From a virus (lineage: Duplodnaviria > Caudoviricetes), in the IMG/VR virus record IMGVR_UViG_2877794441_000003, positions 2,815 to 66,814 of that record: a DNA stretch of 64,000 nucleotides. One strand, written 5' to 3'. The position numbers were made by a program, and so were the translations under genes. Position 1 is the stretch's first letter, and each line of letters begins with the position of its first letter. This document shows, piece after piece, positions 7,652 to 17,227 of the stretch. The notes beneath the pieces were generated by a model. The model ran no database searches. It had not been told where the DNA came from and saw nothing but the letters and a program-made list of their open reading frames with translations.

Positions 7652-10582
7652 TCAGTATGGATTCCTCTTCCATCCATATGCTGCCTCGCCCGCATCAACG
7701 ACGGGGCCGTACCCAGCGGCAAACTCGTCAGCGATCTGCTCCTTGACGGCCTGCACGAGCACCCTCAGGCGCCCGTCCGGATCGGTCCTGGTCTCCACCT
7801 GACTCTGGCTGTAGTTTTCAATGGTGACCTGATGGATTACTTGGCTGGTCTGCGCTCCGCCGCTCTGCGCCGAAGACTGCGTCGTAACAGCCGAACCTCC
7901 GCCGCCAGCCACCGATACCCGCTCGTTCGAGTTGATCGCCTCCAGCAGCGCCCGGTTACGCTTGGTCGCTGCGGCGTTGACTACGAACTCGCCGTCGCTG
8001 AGCCTGGCCATGATGCTGTCGGAGGTGCCGGTACCGGCGCCGGACACGTAGCCGCCGGTGGCGAACCCAGGAATCACGGCCAGGCTGGATGCCAGGGCCG
8101 TGGTCGAAGTCAGCGCCGCCGCTGCGGGCACGGAGTTGGCGCCCAGCGTTGCAAGGGATGCCATCGCCGCAGCCGGGGCCCAGGCGGTGGCCGTGGTCCC
8201 AGCCAGGATCATGCTCTGGCCAGCAGCAGCCGTACCCAAGGTGGCATTCAGCGCCGCATTCAGCGCCATCTGCACACCCATCTTCACGAAGCCCGCGAGG
8301 ATGTCGCGCACGACGCTACCGGCGATGTCACCCAGGTTGCTGAACGACAACTGCCCATCCATTATCGCGTCGGTGATGTCGGTGGAGATGTTGTTGAACG
8401 CGCTGGAGAAGATGTACTCCGTCTGCCCGGCGATGTCGCGCGCCTGGTTGCCGAAGTTCTGAACCGCCGCCGTCCACCCGTTGATAGGGTTGAGCATGGC
8501 CTGATCCATCATCGCCCAGCCCTTCTGCAGGGCTTGAAGCCTGGCCGGGTTGGTATCTTCGAGGATCTTTATCTGCTCTTGGATGGCTGCACGCTGTGAG
8601 GCGTTCTCCGCCAACCTGAGGTTGTCCTGCAAGGCGATGATCTCATCGTTCATCTGCCGCTCGAGCTGAACTCGCTGGCGGTACCGGTCCGCCTGAAGAT
8701 CTCCCATGCCAACAGAGTTGGCTTCAACCCTGTAGCCTTCCTCTTCAATGGCCAGCCGGCGGTTCACCTGCGCTCGATACTGCTCCGCAGCCGTGAGCCC
8801 TTGGGCACCCTTTAACGCCGCGGCATAATTGATCGAAGCCTGGGCCAGCGCCTTGCTGTACTCCTCCTGCGTGATCTTGCCCTTGGTCAGCGCCAGGTCG
8901 AGCTGGCCCTGCTCCTTGGTGAGGGCTCGGGCGGCCTGGGCTGCTGGGTCGTACTGGCCGTATAGGCGGGCGAAGGTGTTTTGCGCTTCAGCTAAGCCGT
9001 TATTGTTCTCACGAGGCGTTCGCTGGCGGTCCTTCTTAGCCTCGCGCTCCTTGATATCCGCGATTTCGGTTTCGATGTTCTTGCGAGACTGCGCATACTT
9101 CGCCTCTTCAGTGGCCGTGAACACGCCAGCAGCCATGGCTTTTTCACGGGCCTTGTCGAGGTCGGCCAGTTCTTTGTTGAGCCGCTGAGTCTGAGTCAGC
9201 GAGCTCTTGTAAGTCGTATCCAGGTCCTGCAGGCCTTTTCTGCCTTCTTCCTGGATGCGGCGCCGCTTCTCTTCATCTTCGAGGGTTTTCGCGTTGGTCT
9301 GCTGAATTCCCTGGCGCTGCTTCAGTTCCGCCTGAAGACTGGCTATCTTCTCCTTGGCGTCGTTATCCTCAATCTCTGTTCCAACAGTGCTCTGCAGGTA
9401 GGCAATCTTTTGCTGCAGCCTTGTAATGGCCTTTTCTTCGCTCTCAACGCTTTTACGGCCGATGCTGGCAAATGCGTCCAAAACTTCGTTTGTGGCATCT
9501 TTTATGTTGAGCCACCCACGCTCTATCGAGCCAAGGTTTTCGCGAATCTTCGCGGTTCGCTGACCCATTGCCTCTGCATAGGTCCGCTCCGCCAGGTCAG
9601 CAGCGCCAACAGCATTGCCCTGGTCAGACAAGGCCTTGATTTGGGCATACACCGAAGCGGTCAGGAACCGGTATTTCTCATCCAGCTCGACGATGCCGGC
9701 GACCGGATCTTTGCCAAGCTTGATGAATTCAGCGACCGTTTCCTCTATCGCCTTGCCCGTGACGCGCTGCATCTCCAAAGCCGTCGTCGTTATCAGCTTG
9801 AAGTTTCCAGTCGTGTTCTCGCCGGCAGCAGTTAGCTGGGCCAGTGCGCCTGCAGCTTGTCCAAACGTGCCCGTCACCTGGTCTGCCGACTCTGCCAGGC
9901 TGATCAGTTGCGCTTCGGATGCCTTCGAGAAGTTACCGGTCAGGATCAGACTGTTGCGCAGAGCGTCGGACTGCTCAGAGCCTTTGTAATAGGCAAGCGC
10001 CAGGGTGCCAGCGGCGGCTGCAGCCACGGTGAACGGGTTTACCAATCCGAGAACATAGCCGCCCAAGGCCTTGGCGGCGGGCCCGATACCGCCGAACATG
10101 TCTTTGAGCTGGCCGCCCTGCTGCAGGAATACCGTCAGCGGGGCTTGTCCGCCCTGCAGGCTTACGGCAATGTCGGTGAACTGCGCTGGCACGCCGCGTA
10201 ACGCCGCTTGATAGGCTTTTGCCGACATACCTGCCTTGTTCATGCCCTCCGACGCCTGGCCGATGCCTTCGCGCATATCGTTGATGCGCTGGGTGTACTC
10301 GACGAAGGTGTCGCTCTCGACGATGCCGGCCTTCTTGTACTTCGCCAGCTTCTCCTGCATGTCGTCCAGGCGACCAAGCGCGGCAACAGTTGGGTTGATC
10401 TGACCCAGCAGCTGAGAGAGCTCTTTGCGCTGATCATCCAGGCTGCTGCTCACTCCATCGGCCGATGATGCTGCCGAGTCGCCGGCGCGCTCCATGCGCT
10501 CAAGGGAGCTGCTCAGGTCATCCGCATTGCGCTTTGCGCCCCGCGAGTCGATCGTTACCGCCAGACGGGATTCCTGCGCCAT
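7652..10582 (-). CDS. Tail tape measure protein (lambda family)
   Basis: ~976 aa from MAQESRLAV; Ala/Gln-rich helical; VFLQQGGQLKDMFGG motif; FATGGYVSGAGTGTSDSI C-terminal motif. Confidence 0.93.
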   Translation of the reverse strand: MAQESRLAVTIDSRGAKRNADDLSSSLERMERAGDSAASSADGVSSSLDDQRKELSQLLGQINPTVAALGRLDDMQEKLAKYKKAGIVESDTFVEYTQRINDMREGIGQASEGMNKAGMSAKAYQAALRGVPAQFTDIAVSLQGGQAPLTVFLQQGGQLKDMFGGIGPAAKALGGYVLGLVNPFTVAAAAAGTLALAYYKGSEQSDALRNSLILTGNFSKASEAQLISLAESADQVTGTFGQAAGALAQLTAAGENTTGNFKLITTTALEMQRVTGKAIEETVAEFIKLGKDPVAGIVELDEKYRFLTASVYAQIKALSDQGNAVGAADLAERTYAEAMGQRTAKIRENLGSIERGWLNIKDATNEVLDAFASIGRKSVESEEKAITRLQQKIAYLQSTVGTEIEDNDAKEKIASLQAELKQRQGIQQTNAKTLEDEEKRRRIQEEGRKGLQDLDTTYKSSLTQTQRLNKELADLDKAREKAMAAGVFTATEEAKYAQSRKNIETEIADIKEREAKKDRQRTPRENNNGLAEAQNTFARLYGQYDPAAQAARALTKEQGQLDLALTKGKITQEEYSKALAQASINYAAALKGAQGLTAAEQYRAQVNRRLAIEEEGYRVEANSVGMGDLQADRYRQRVQLERQMNDEIIALQDNLRLAENASQRAAIQEQIKILEDTNPARLQALQKGWAMMDQAMLNPINGWTAAVQNFGNQARDIAGQTEYIFSSAFNNISTDITDAIMDGQLSFSNLGDIAGSVVRDILAGFVKMGVQMALNAALNATLGTAAAGQSMILAGTTATAWAPAAAMASLATLGANSVPAAAALTSTTALASSLAVIPGFATGGYVSGAGTGTSDSIMARLSDGEFVVNAAATKRNRALLEAINSNERVSVAGGGGSAVTTQSSAQSGGAQTSQVIHQVTIENYSQSQVETRTDPDGRLRVLVQAVKEQIADEFAAGYGPVVDAGEAAYGWKRNPY

Positions 10583-10598
10583 ACCTTTCTCCGGGCAT

Positions 10599-10621
10599 AA
10601 AAAAACCCGCACAAGGCGGGC
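10599..10621 (-). terminator. Terminator after secreted moron
   Basis: GCCCGC-CTTGT-GCGGGT then T7 on minus strand. Confidence 0.6.
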
Positions 10622-10639
10622 ATTTTGTGAATCGATACT

Positions 10640-10939
10640 TCAGTTATACGCTTCGTAGCACTCTCGGTAGGCGGCGTTCTGGAACTCAGATATTGCGGTA
10701 GCCCGCTCCTTCGAATCCTCAAAAACGCGAACCTTGTAGGCCTTCAGCACCATCGCATCAGAGAATTTACTCTGGTCGCCTACGGATGCCATGGCATCCT
10801 CCAGAAGTTCACCATCCTGGCGCGCCTCCATTGCCTTTCCGGCCATAGCCGATATTTTTTTGCAGGTCTCGACCCCACTCGCAGCGAGAGCCGGCAAAGG
10901 CATGCACACAAGGGTGGCGATCAATAGCGTTCGATTCAT
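10640..10939 (-). CDS. Moron, small exported hypothetical protein
   Basis: Signal peptide MNRTLLIATLVCMPLPALA; two Cys; own terminator. Confidence 0.6.
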   Translation of the reverse strand: MNRTLLIATLVCMPLPALAASGVETCKKISAMAGKAMEARQDGELLEDAMASVGDQSKFSDAMVLKAYKVRVFEDSKERATAISEFQNAAYRECYEAYN

Positions 10940-10986
10940 GGCTTCCTCCATAAAGATGGCCAGAATCTAACATACACGCGCAACCA

Positions 10987-11355
10987 TCAGCGCTTTCGGT
11001 GTCTTCCCTTGCCTTCGGATTCAGCTTGCGCTCTTTCCTGCTGCTCATCCCACCGCCGGCGGAATTCGTCGTCCAGGGCGAAGATGGCGGCGTCGAACTC
11101 TTCGCGGCATATCACAGAGGGGTAGCGGCTGAGGTATTCGGCGATCGCGGACGGTGCGATCGGCGCCGGAGCGCCCATCATGCCGACGTACTGCCGGGAC
11201 CTTCCGATATGCCCGTAGGCCTCAAGGATCTCGGCGACCACGTCGTCGATCTCTGGGGGCTCCTGGGCCTTGAGGCCAAGGCGCTCATGCTTCCAGCGCT
11301 TCTTCTCGTTCTCCAGCCCGGCCCAGTCCCTACCCCAGCGATATGCCGCTACTGC
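10987..11355 (-). CDS. Tail assembly chaperone, C-terminal (gpT-like) frame
   Basis: Open -1 frame relative to 11349-11834 (KAVAAYRWGRDWAG...REEFDAAIFALDDEF); position before tape measure. Confidence 0.65.
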   Translation of the reverse strand, partial: AVAAYRWGRDWAGLENEKKRWKHERLGLKAQEPPEIDDVVAEILEAYGHIGRSRQYVGMMGAPAPIAPSAIAEYLSRYPSVICREEFDAAIFALDDEFRRRWDEQQERAQAESEGKGRHRKR

Positions 11356-11834
11356 TTTTCCGCAGTGGCCTTGGCCTGCTCCTCGATGCGCTTGGCGATG
11401 TCGAGGCCGGTGCGCAGGGCCAGGAAGTAGATGCTTGGCATCTGCTCGATCAGCGCCTTGCACAGCTGCGGGGTGTACTTGGCCGGCTCGCCCGGGCGCT
11501 CTTCGACGTCGATACCCTGCCAGTCCTTGATCAGGTGCTTGGTGGCGAGGTCGATGAACAGATCGTCGTCGGTTTCGAGCTCAACATCGGGGATGGAGTC
11601 GATGGTGAAGCCTGCCGTGCCCACGCCAGCTTGCTGATTCAGCGCGGCGAGGTGCCGGCGGATTACGGCTTGGTGCGACTTGTAGATTGGGTTGGCAATG
11701 GATGCGACCAGAATCGCCGCCGTGTCCGGGCCCTGATCGCACTTCACAGCCAGGCCACCCGGGCCGACCTTGAAGTGCACCCAGCGCTCGCCGTTGATAT
11801 CCAGCTCTGGTTTTCTTGCAATGGTGATGCCCAT
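11349..11834 (-). CDS. Tail assembly chaperone (gpG-like)
   Basis: 161 aa between tube and tape measure genes; LIKDWQGID motif. Confidence 0.75.
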   Translation of the reverse strand: MGITIARKPELDINGERWVHFKVGPGGLAVKCDQGPDTAAILVASIANPIYKSHQAVIRRHLAALNQQAGVGTAGFTIDSIPDVELETDDDLFIDLATKHLIKDWQGIDVEERPGEPAKYTPQLCKALIEQMPSIYFLALRTGLDIAKRIEEQAKATAEKQ

Positions 11835-11891
11835 GGTATTCCTCTGCGGTAAAAGGCCCGACGCACACCGCAGGGCGCGCCGGGCAAAGGG

Positions 11892-13061
11892 TTAAGCGGT
11901 GACGGTGACAGCGCAGGTATCGGTCTTGGTGCCGTCTGCGACGCTGGTGGCCGTGATGGTGGCGGTGCCGACTGCCAGCGCGGTGACCAGGCCGGTCTCG
12001 CTCACGCTGGCGATGGTCGGGGCGGAACTAGTCCAGGTGACTTGCTGGCTGGCACCGGCCGGGGTGACCACGACTTCGAGGTCGCCGGTATCACCTACTT
12101 CCAGGCTCAGGGTGGCCGGAGTGACATCCACGGCAGCCACAACGATCGGCGCCGGCAGACGGGTGATGGTCGGGGCCACGCGGCGGGCGGTGTAGTTCAG
12201 CTCCACCTGGATGATGTCGGTCGATCCGCCATCAGGCCAGTCAGCGGTAACTTCCATCTCGGGGATCAGGAACTTGTAGCCACCGTCGGCGTTGCCGATG
12301 GTGAATTCCAGGCTGATCGCGTCGTTGCCCTTCTGGGCCTTCCACAGCTCGTAGGCCATCTTCGACCAGCTGATGGTGATCGCGCCGGACGGGGTGAACG
12401 TGGTGGCAATGATGTTGCCTGGGTACGGGTTGCCGTTGCCGATACAGCGCTGCGTTTGCACGTTGTTGTTGAACTGCAGGTTGAAGCTGTCGACGCAAGC
12501 GTTGTCCTCGCCAACCTGGACCCCGTTGATACGCAGGCCGCTGATGTCTTTGAAGCTGAACCGCCGCTGGCTTGACTCGGGCTGGGCGTTGACGATGAAC
12601 GACGTGTTGTCGCCCTTGTCGTCCCAGGAGCGCGCCGCCATGGTCATGGTGACCGTGACTTCGTTGTCGCCTGGGAAATCGAAGTTCATGTTTGCGACTT
12701 GCACGCCACGGGCAATGGCCGAGACTCCGATATCGGTCGCGTAGGATGCGATCGAGAAGGTGATGCGGTCGTCGCCCATGGTCAGGACGTTGCCGGCCCA
12801 GTCCTTGCCGAAGCAGGAGGCCATGAAATCGTCCAGTGCGCCAAAGCGCCATTTGGTTTCGATATCGCCGCCCACGTCCACGGTGGTTTGGGCAGTACCC
12901 TGAGACATGCGGGTGAAGCCGATTTCGTTGTTCTCTTCCGAGTTGAAGGTCGGCATCAGGCCGTTGCTGATGCGGGTCAGCACCTTCCAGTCACCGGCCG
13001 GTGTCACGCCTGGCGTCACCTCTTTGATGGAGGCAAGCTGTACTTTTGCACCGCTCGACAT
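11892..13061 (-). CDS. Major tail tube protein with C-terminal Ig-like (Big_2) domain
   Basis: MSSGAKVQLASIKEVTPGVTP N-terminus; C-terminal VTWTSSAPTIASVSETGLVTALAVGTATITATS Ig-like signature. Confidence 0.9.
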   Translation of the reverse strand: MSSGAKVQLASIKEVTPGVTPAGDWKVLTRISNGLMPTFNSEENNEIGFTRMSQGTAQTTVDVGGDIETKWRFGALDDFMASCFGKDWAGNVLTMGDDRITFSIASYATDIGVSAIARGVQVANMNFDFPGDNEVTVTMTMAARSWDDKGDNTSFIVNAQPESSQRRFSFKDISGLRINGVQVGEDNACVDSFNLQFNNNVQTQRCIGNGNPYPGNIIATTFTPSGAITISWSKMAYELWKAQKGNDAISLEFTIGNADGGYKFLIPEMEVTADWPDGGSTDIIQVELNYTARRVAPTITRLPAPIVVAAVDVTPATLSLEVGDTGDLEVVVTPAGASQQVTWTSSAPTIASVSETGLVTALAVGTATITATSVADGTKTDTCAVTVTA

Positions 13062-13087
13062 GGGGTGTTTCTCCTATGAGTAGGCGT

Positions 13088-13109
13088 AAAAAAACCGCCA
13101 TGTGGCGGT
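13088..13109 (-). terminator. Terminator upstream of tail tube gene
   Basis: CCGCCA-CA-TGGCGG plus T7 on minus strand. Confidence 0.55.
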
Positions 13110-13122
13110 GGATGTTGAGGGC

Positions 13123-13530
13123 TCAGTAGGCCCGGTATGGGATCGACACGTTGACCTGGTACCAGCCATGGCCGTCATCGCCAATCGTCGCAGCCGATGC
13201 CGCGTAGCAATCGAATGGCCAGGTCGGGTCGCTGTAGAACTCAAAGTGCTGCACCAGGGTGTCGGCGGCCTTGGTGATGACCAGGGAGCCCTTGTAGCTG
13301 GGGACGAACAGCTGAATCATGATGATGCCGGTGCGGCGCACGCATGGGCCGATACCGGTCTCTGTGGCGCTTGATAGCCCGGGCACATCCGCCAGCCTGG
13401 CCCAAATGGGCTTGCCGGCCGGGTTGAACGGCCCTTTCGGATTGTTCGGATAATCGACAGCGTCAGCAGGAATGCCCGCCCACTGCGTCATGCGGCCAGT
13501 GACGATGGCTCGGATTTGTTCGAAGGTCAT
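13123..13530 (-). CDS. Tail terminator protein
   Basis: 135 aa; GIIMIQLFVP and WYQVNVSIPY motifs; position before tube gene. Confidence 0.75.
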   Translation of the reverse strand: MTFEQIRAIVTGRMTQWAGIPADAVDYPNNPKGPFNPAGKPIWARLADVPGLSSATETGIGPCVRRTGIIMIQLFVPSYKGSLVITKAADTLVQHFEFYSDPTWPFDCYAASAATIGDDGHGWYQVNVSIPYRAY

Positions 13531-13925
13531 TTGTCGAAGGCCTGTGTCGCGCCGTAGAAGGCGATGCCGTATATGCCTGCTGGAGCCTGCCGTGAGTGGC
13601 CGTCCTCAAGCGCGCCGGCGTATGCCAGGTTGTTCTGGATGTAGGTGACGGTGTATGGCTCAAGTCCAGACAGCACGCTCTCACCTCTGGCGACCGTCTC
13701 TTGGCCACTCTTGTCGTAAGCGTCGAGGGAGTAGTAGACAGGCGAACCGATGCTGACGATGTTGTTCGCCAGGAAGCGCCCGGTGTCCACAGGTGACCGT
13801 AGAACGATCTCCCCAAGCATTGCCAGGGTGATCGAGCGATGCCGCTCGGCCAGGGCATCTTCCACCAATCCGATGAACGCCGACGGCGGCACGCTCCAGG
13901 CGCGCCCTCCTCTCTGCCTGGCCAT
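13527..13925 (-). CDS. HK97 gp10-like neck/tail completion protein
   Basis: SPVDTGRF and NNLAYAGALEDGHS motifs. Confidence 0.8.
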   Translation of the reverse strand: MARQRGGRAWSVPPSAFIGLVEDALAERHRSITLAMLGEIVLRSPVDTGRFLANNIVSIGSPVYYSLDAYDKSGQETVARGESVLSGLEPYTVTYIQNNLAYAGALEDGHSRQAPAGIYGIAFYGATQAFDK

Positions 13926-14311
13926 TACGCCTTCCTCAACTGCAGGTCATGGTGCACGCCCGCAGGGTCGCCGCCCACACGCACGATTCGATAGCCCTTG
14001 GCGGGCATACCGAGGATACCGACGTTGCCTGTCGTCTCCACCAGGTGACCGATGTCGGGCCTTCCGGCCACTTCGTTAGTCAGCGCGATCAGCTGGATGT
14101 CGCCGAACTTGATATTCAGACCGTCCACCCTCTTGTCATCGTACTCATGGAACACGCCGCGCCCTGCGTAGATCACCGGCTGAGCCGTTGTTTCCTCGGT
14201 CACCGGATCGAAGACGCCTGGACCCATGTATTCGCCCGTGAAGGCGGTCACCGACTCCGCAAAGACGTCATCGAATAGCTCCCCGAAGATTTCCTGCATC
14301 TCGTCGCGCAT
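13925..14311 (-). CDS. Head closure / head-tail joining protein
   Basis: 128 aa, synteny in neck cluster. Confidence 0.6.
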   Translation of the reverse strand: MRDEMQEIFGELFDDVFAESVTAFTGEYMGPGVFDPVTEETTAQPVIYAGRGVFHEYDDKRVDGLNIKFGDIQLIALTNEVAGRPDIGHLVETTGNVGILGMPAKGYRIVRVGGDPAGVHHDLQLRKA

Positions 14312-15299
14312 AGTTCGCCCTTATGGTGTACCGGGCCTGGCACCGGCAGTTCGCGGTTTCGTCCCAGCCGGCGCCCAAAGCGCGGTCGCCCGGGTAGCGC
14401 AGCAGCGCGCCTGAGTTGGTACTGAACGGCTCGCCAAGCGCCCGAGTCTGTCCCTGCATGCCCGCGTGGCTGTTGCGCACCTTCTCGTCTCGCCTGGTCT
14501 CCCAGTCCTTGACGATGGCTTCCCGCGGTAGCCCGCGTTCGACCAGTTGCTCATAAACCCGGTCACGGCCAGCGCTGAACGATTCCAGCGCCTCTGTGCG
14601 GGCGATCATCTGTGCATGGGTCTGCAGCAGGCGGTCGGCGTAGCGCCCGGCGATGCGGTCAGCATCAACGCTGTTGACTGGCGCGCCCGCCTTCAGCGCC
14701 CGCATGACCATGGCGTCGAATCGCTTGTCGCGACGCGTGCGGGCGAGGTACTTGCGCAACTGCTCGGGATCGCCGCTGCGCAGCTGGGTGCGGGCATCGG
14801 CAACGTATTGTGAAAAGTTGCCCGGGAGCCCGACCGTACCACCTGTTCGCCGACCGGTTTGCTTGCTCACCCGGCCGGCCAGATCCAGGGCAATCTGCCG
14901 TGGGCTTCGACCGGCCTGGAGACCTGATGAAACCGTAACGCTGATGCCATCGACTTGATCCATGGCCATCTGCGCTTTCAGGTTGGCGATGTGCTGCGCC
15001 AGCCATGACTGGGCGCCATCGGCATTCACGTCCAGCTCCTGCCTGCCCAAGCTGCGCGGCACGCTGCTCACCTCTGCCTTGGCGCCGGCCATATAGCCCG
15101 AACGGATCAACTCCATCAGCGCAGCGAACACCCCGACCGCGAGCATATCCGCCAGGGCGGAATCGTCTCGCGTCGCGATGAGGCGCTCGATCTCGGCGAT
15201 GGTGGCCGCGTCCAGCGTTGCCCGAATCTGGTCAAGGTAGGCCTTGGCCATGGCCGGTTCCATGCTCTCAATCTGCCGGATGAGCTCTCCCTGGTTCAC
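14268..15299 (-). CDS. Head morphogenesis protein (MuF-like)
   Basis: GTG start NQGELIRQ; IARTEAL, WETRRDEKVRNSH and YPGD...NCRC motifs of MuF family. Confidence 0.85.
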   Translation of the reverse strand: MNQGELIRQIESMEPAMAKAYLDQIRATLDAATIAEIERLIATRDDSALADMLAVGVFAALMELIRSGYMAGAKAEVSSVPRSLGRQELDVNADGAQSWLAQHIANLKAQMAMDQVDGISVTVSSGLQAGRSPRQIALDLAGRVSKQTGRRTGGTVGLPGNFSQYVADARTQLRSGDPEQLRKYLARTRRDKRFDAMVMRALKAGAPVNSVDADRIAGRYADRLLQTHAQMIARTEALESFSAGRDRVYEQLVERGLPREAIVKDWETRRDEKVRNSHAGMQGQTRALGEPFSTNSGALLRYPGDRALGAGWDETANCRCQARYTIRANYARRDAGNLRGAIR

Positions 15300-15817
15300 A
15301 CGACCACCACTGCTGGCAGCGGGCACCGCAGCACCATGATCGGCGCCAGGATGTCGTTGATGATGCCGACGACGGGCTTGTTCGGCTGGCCGTCGACATC
15401 CTCAGGGCCGAAGAACTCGGTTTCAAGAGGCCCTACCTTGGCCCGTTTCACGGCCTTGGAGGCGACGTAGTCAGGGTTCAGACTGCCCGGTTTCACCAGT
15501 TCACGCAGCGCGCCTTCGTAGACTGCCTGCTCGACCTCTCGCGGCACCGAGCCAGCGTCTATTGGATCGCCGTTGCGGTCTGTAGCACCTTCGCGCGGCC
15601 ATTGCAGCGCCTGGGCCCTGCCGCCAACCTTGCGCCCTGGGAAAGACAGGACGCAGCCTGTGGTGGGCAGCTGGGTGCCCAGGCCGTCGATGTAGGCTGA
15701 GGCTCGAGCCAGCGCCGCTTCCTTGTCGGCCTGAGTAGCAGCCGCCCAGGCGGCATTGCCACGGGCCTGGTGGTAGGCGTCAGCGCCAGCCACGGTACCG
15801 TAGTAGTCAGCCATCAT
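15296..15817 (-). CDS. Head-tail adaptor (DnaT-like ssDNA-binding family)
   Basis: YYGTVAGADAYH and QALQWPR motifs. Confidence 0.75.
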   Translation of the reverse strand: MMADYYGTVAGADAYHQARGNAAWAAATQADKEAALARASAYIDGLGTQLPTTGCVLSFPGRKVGGRAQALQWPREGATDRNGDPIDAGSVPREVEQAVYEGALRELVKPGSLNPDYVASKAVKRAKVGPLETEFFGPEDVDGQPNKPVVGIINDILAPIMVLRCPLPAVVVV

Positions 15818-15856
15818 CGCTCTCGAATAAGTGGGCGGAGAACCGCCCGGGGGTTA

Positions 15857-16237
15857 TTACGGGTGCTTGGCCAGCTCGGCCTGCAGCTCTTCCAGGGTGA
15901 CGTCGTCGCCGACATCAATGCCCTTTTCCTTGAGCTTGGCGATGGCCTCTTCCTTGGCCTTGGCTTCAGCCTCGATCAGGCGCTCTTGCAGGGTTTTCAG
16001 GCTGGAGTTCTTGCCAGCCTCGACACCCAGCGCCTTCAGCTTGGCGAACAGCGCTTCCTTGTCGCCTTCGTCGGCCTTCGGCGCAGTGCCGGAGACCTTC
16101 AGGAAGTCCAGGCGGGAGGCCAGCTTGTGGCCAGACTCGCTCAGCTCTACCTCGCGGGATTCGCCCGGCCCGACGAACACCACGCCAGTGGCGGTGTGCA
16201 CACCCTGCGGCGCCTTGGAGTTGTTGGTCACTTTCAT
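15857..16237 (-). CDS. Hypothetical head-associated protein with two HeH-like repeats
   Basis: KLKALGVEAG..SLKTLQERL and KLKEKGIDVG..TLEELQAEL repeats; directly after capsid gene. Confidence 0.55.
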   Translation of the reverse strand: MKVTNNSKAPQGVHTATGVVFVGPGESREVELSESGHKLASRLDFLKVSGTAPKADEGDKEALFAKLKALGVEAGKNSSLKTLQERLIEAEAKAKEEAIAKLKEKGIDVGDDVTLEELQAELAKHP

Positions 16238-16249
16238 GGTGATCTCCTA

Positions 16250-17209
16250 TCAGGCAGCCGGGGCGGTGATTTCGTCGAGGTACGCGAAAGCGCCTGGCAG
16301 GCGGATCTCGGTACCGCCGGTGCGGGCGATGATGCCCGTCTCGAAGCCCATGATGGACTTCTGGCGTGGCGCCAGGACGCGGCGAGGCATCGGCAGGTGG
16401 AAGCGGACCACCTCCGGGTCCTTGCGGTAGGCAACCAGACGACCACCGCCGTCCTGGGAGGCGTTGCGGGCCTCGCGCAGCGGCTGAATGTCCAGCGCCT
16501 GGCCGGTCTCGGCGGTGTAGATGTTGTTGCGGCGGATGAACTCCAGCACGGTCATGAAGCCGTCACCAGCCCCCATGCGGCGGGTGGCCAAGTCACGGAA
16601 GGCGTCTGGCGGCATGCGCAGGGTGTCCGCCCATTCCACCTCACCGGTGTTGGTGCGCACGCTGCTAAGGACGCCGTTGATGTCGGCCAGGATCTGGTCA
16701 ACGGTCTTGCTCGCCCAGAAAGTCGAGCTGCCGGTGCCGGTTGCGGCCGCGTCAGTGCGGGCAACGATGGTGCTGTTCAGCAGGCCGGTCCAGTTCTTCT
16801 CGGTCGAGCCGCGCATGGCGATGTCGTTCAGCAGGCGCTCAACCTTGTCCGCGGCGCTCATGGCCTTGGTGTCGTTAAGGTTGACGCCATACAGAGCGGC
16901 CTGGTTGATTTCTTCCAGGTTCCACTCCCAGCCGGAGCCGATCATGGCGAAGTCGTGCGACGCCTGATCACGGGTCACCTGGTTGAACGGCATGTCGGTA
17001 CCGGCGCCGCTGAGGAACTTGGCTTCGCCGGCGGTATCGACGGTGAAGAAGGTGGTGCCGATAGCCCACGGCTGGCCTTCGGTCACGACCGGCACGTGCG
17101 CGGCGTAGTTGAAGGCTGGGTAGCGGCGTTGGTAGACGCGGGTCTCGATGTTACGGCCTTGGGCGATAACGAACGGGAGCGCCGCCTGAGCGTCTTCGAA
17201 GCGATTCAT
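16250..17209 (-). CDS. Major capsid protein (DUF2184 type)
   Basis: 319 aa; GWEWNLEEI and RTGGTEIRLPGAFAY motifs; follows decoration and scaffold genes. Confidence 0.85.
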   Translation of the reverse strand: MNRFEDAQAALPFVIAQGRNIETRVYQRRYPAFNYAAHVPVVTEGQPWAIGTTFFTVDTAGEAKFLSGAGTDMPFNQVTRDQASHDFAMIGSGWEWNLEEINQAALYGVNLNDTKAMSAADKVERLLNDIAMRGSTEKNWTGLLNSTIVARTDAAATGTGSSTFWASKTVDQILADINGVLSSVRTNTGEVEWADTLRMPPDAFRDLATRRMGAGDGFMTVLEFIRRNNIYTAETGQALDIQPLREARNASQDGGGRLVAYRKDPEVVRFHLPMPRRVLAPRQKSIMGFETGIIARTGGTEIRLPGAFAYLDEITAPAA

Positions 17210-17227
17210 GTGGTAGTTCCCTCGGCC

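Noticed and set aside
14268-15299. MuF-toxin fusion
   Set aside because: Protein ends shortly after the NCRC motif; no C-terminal toxin extension.
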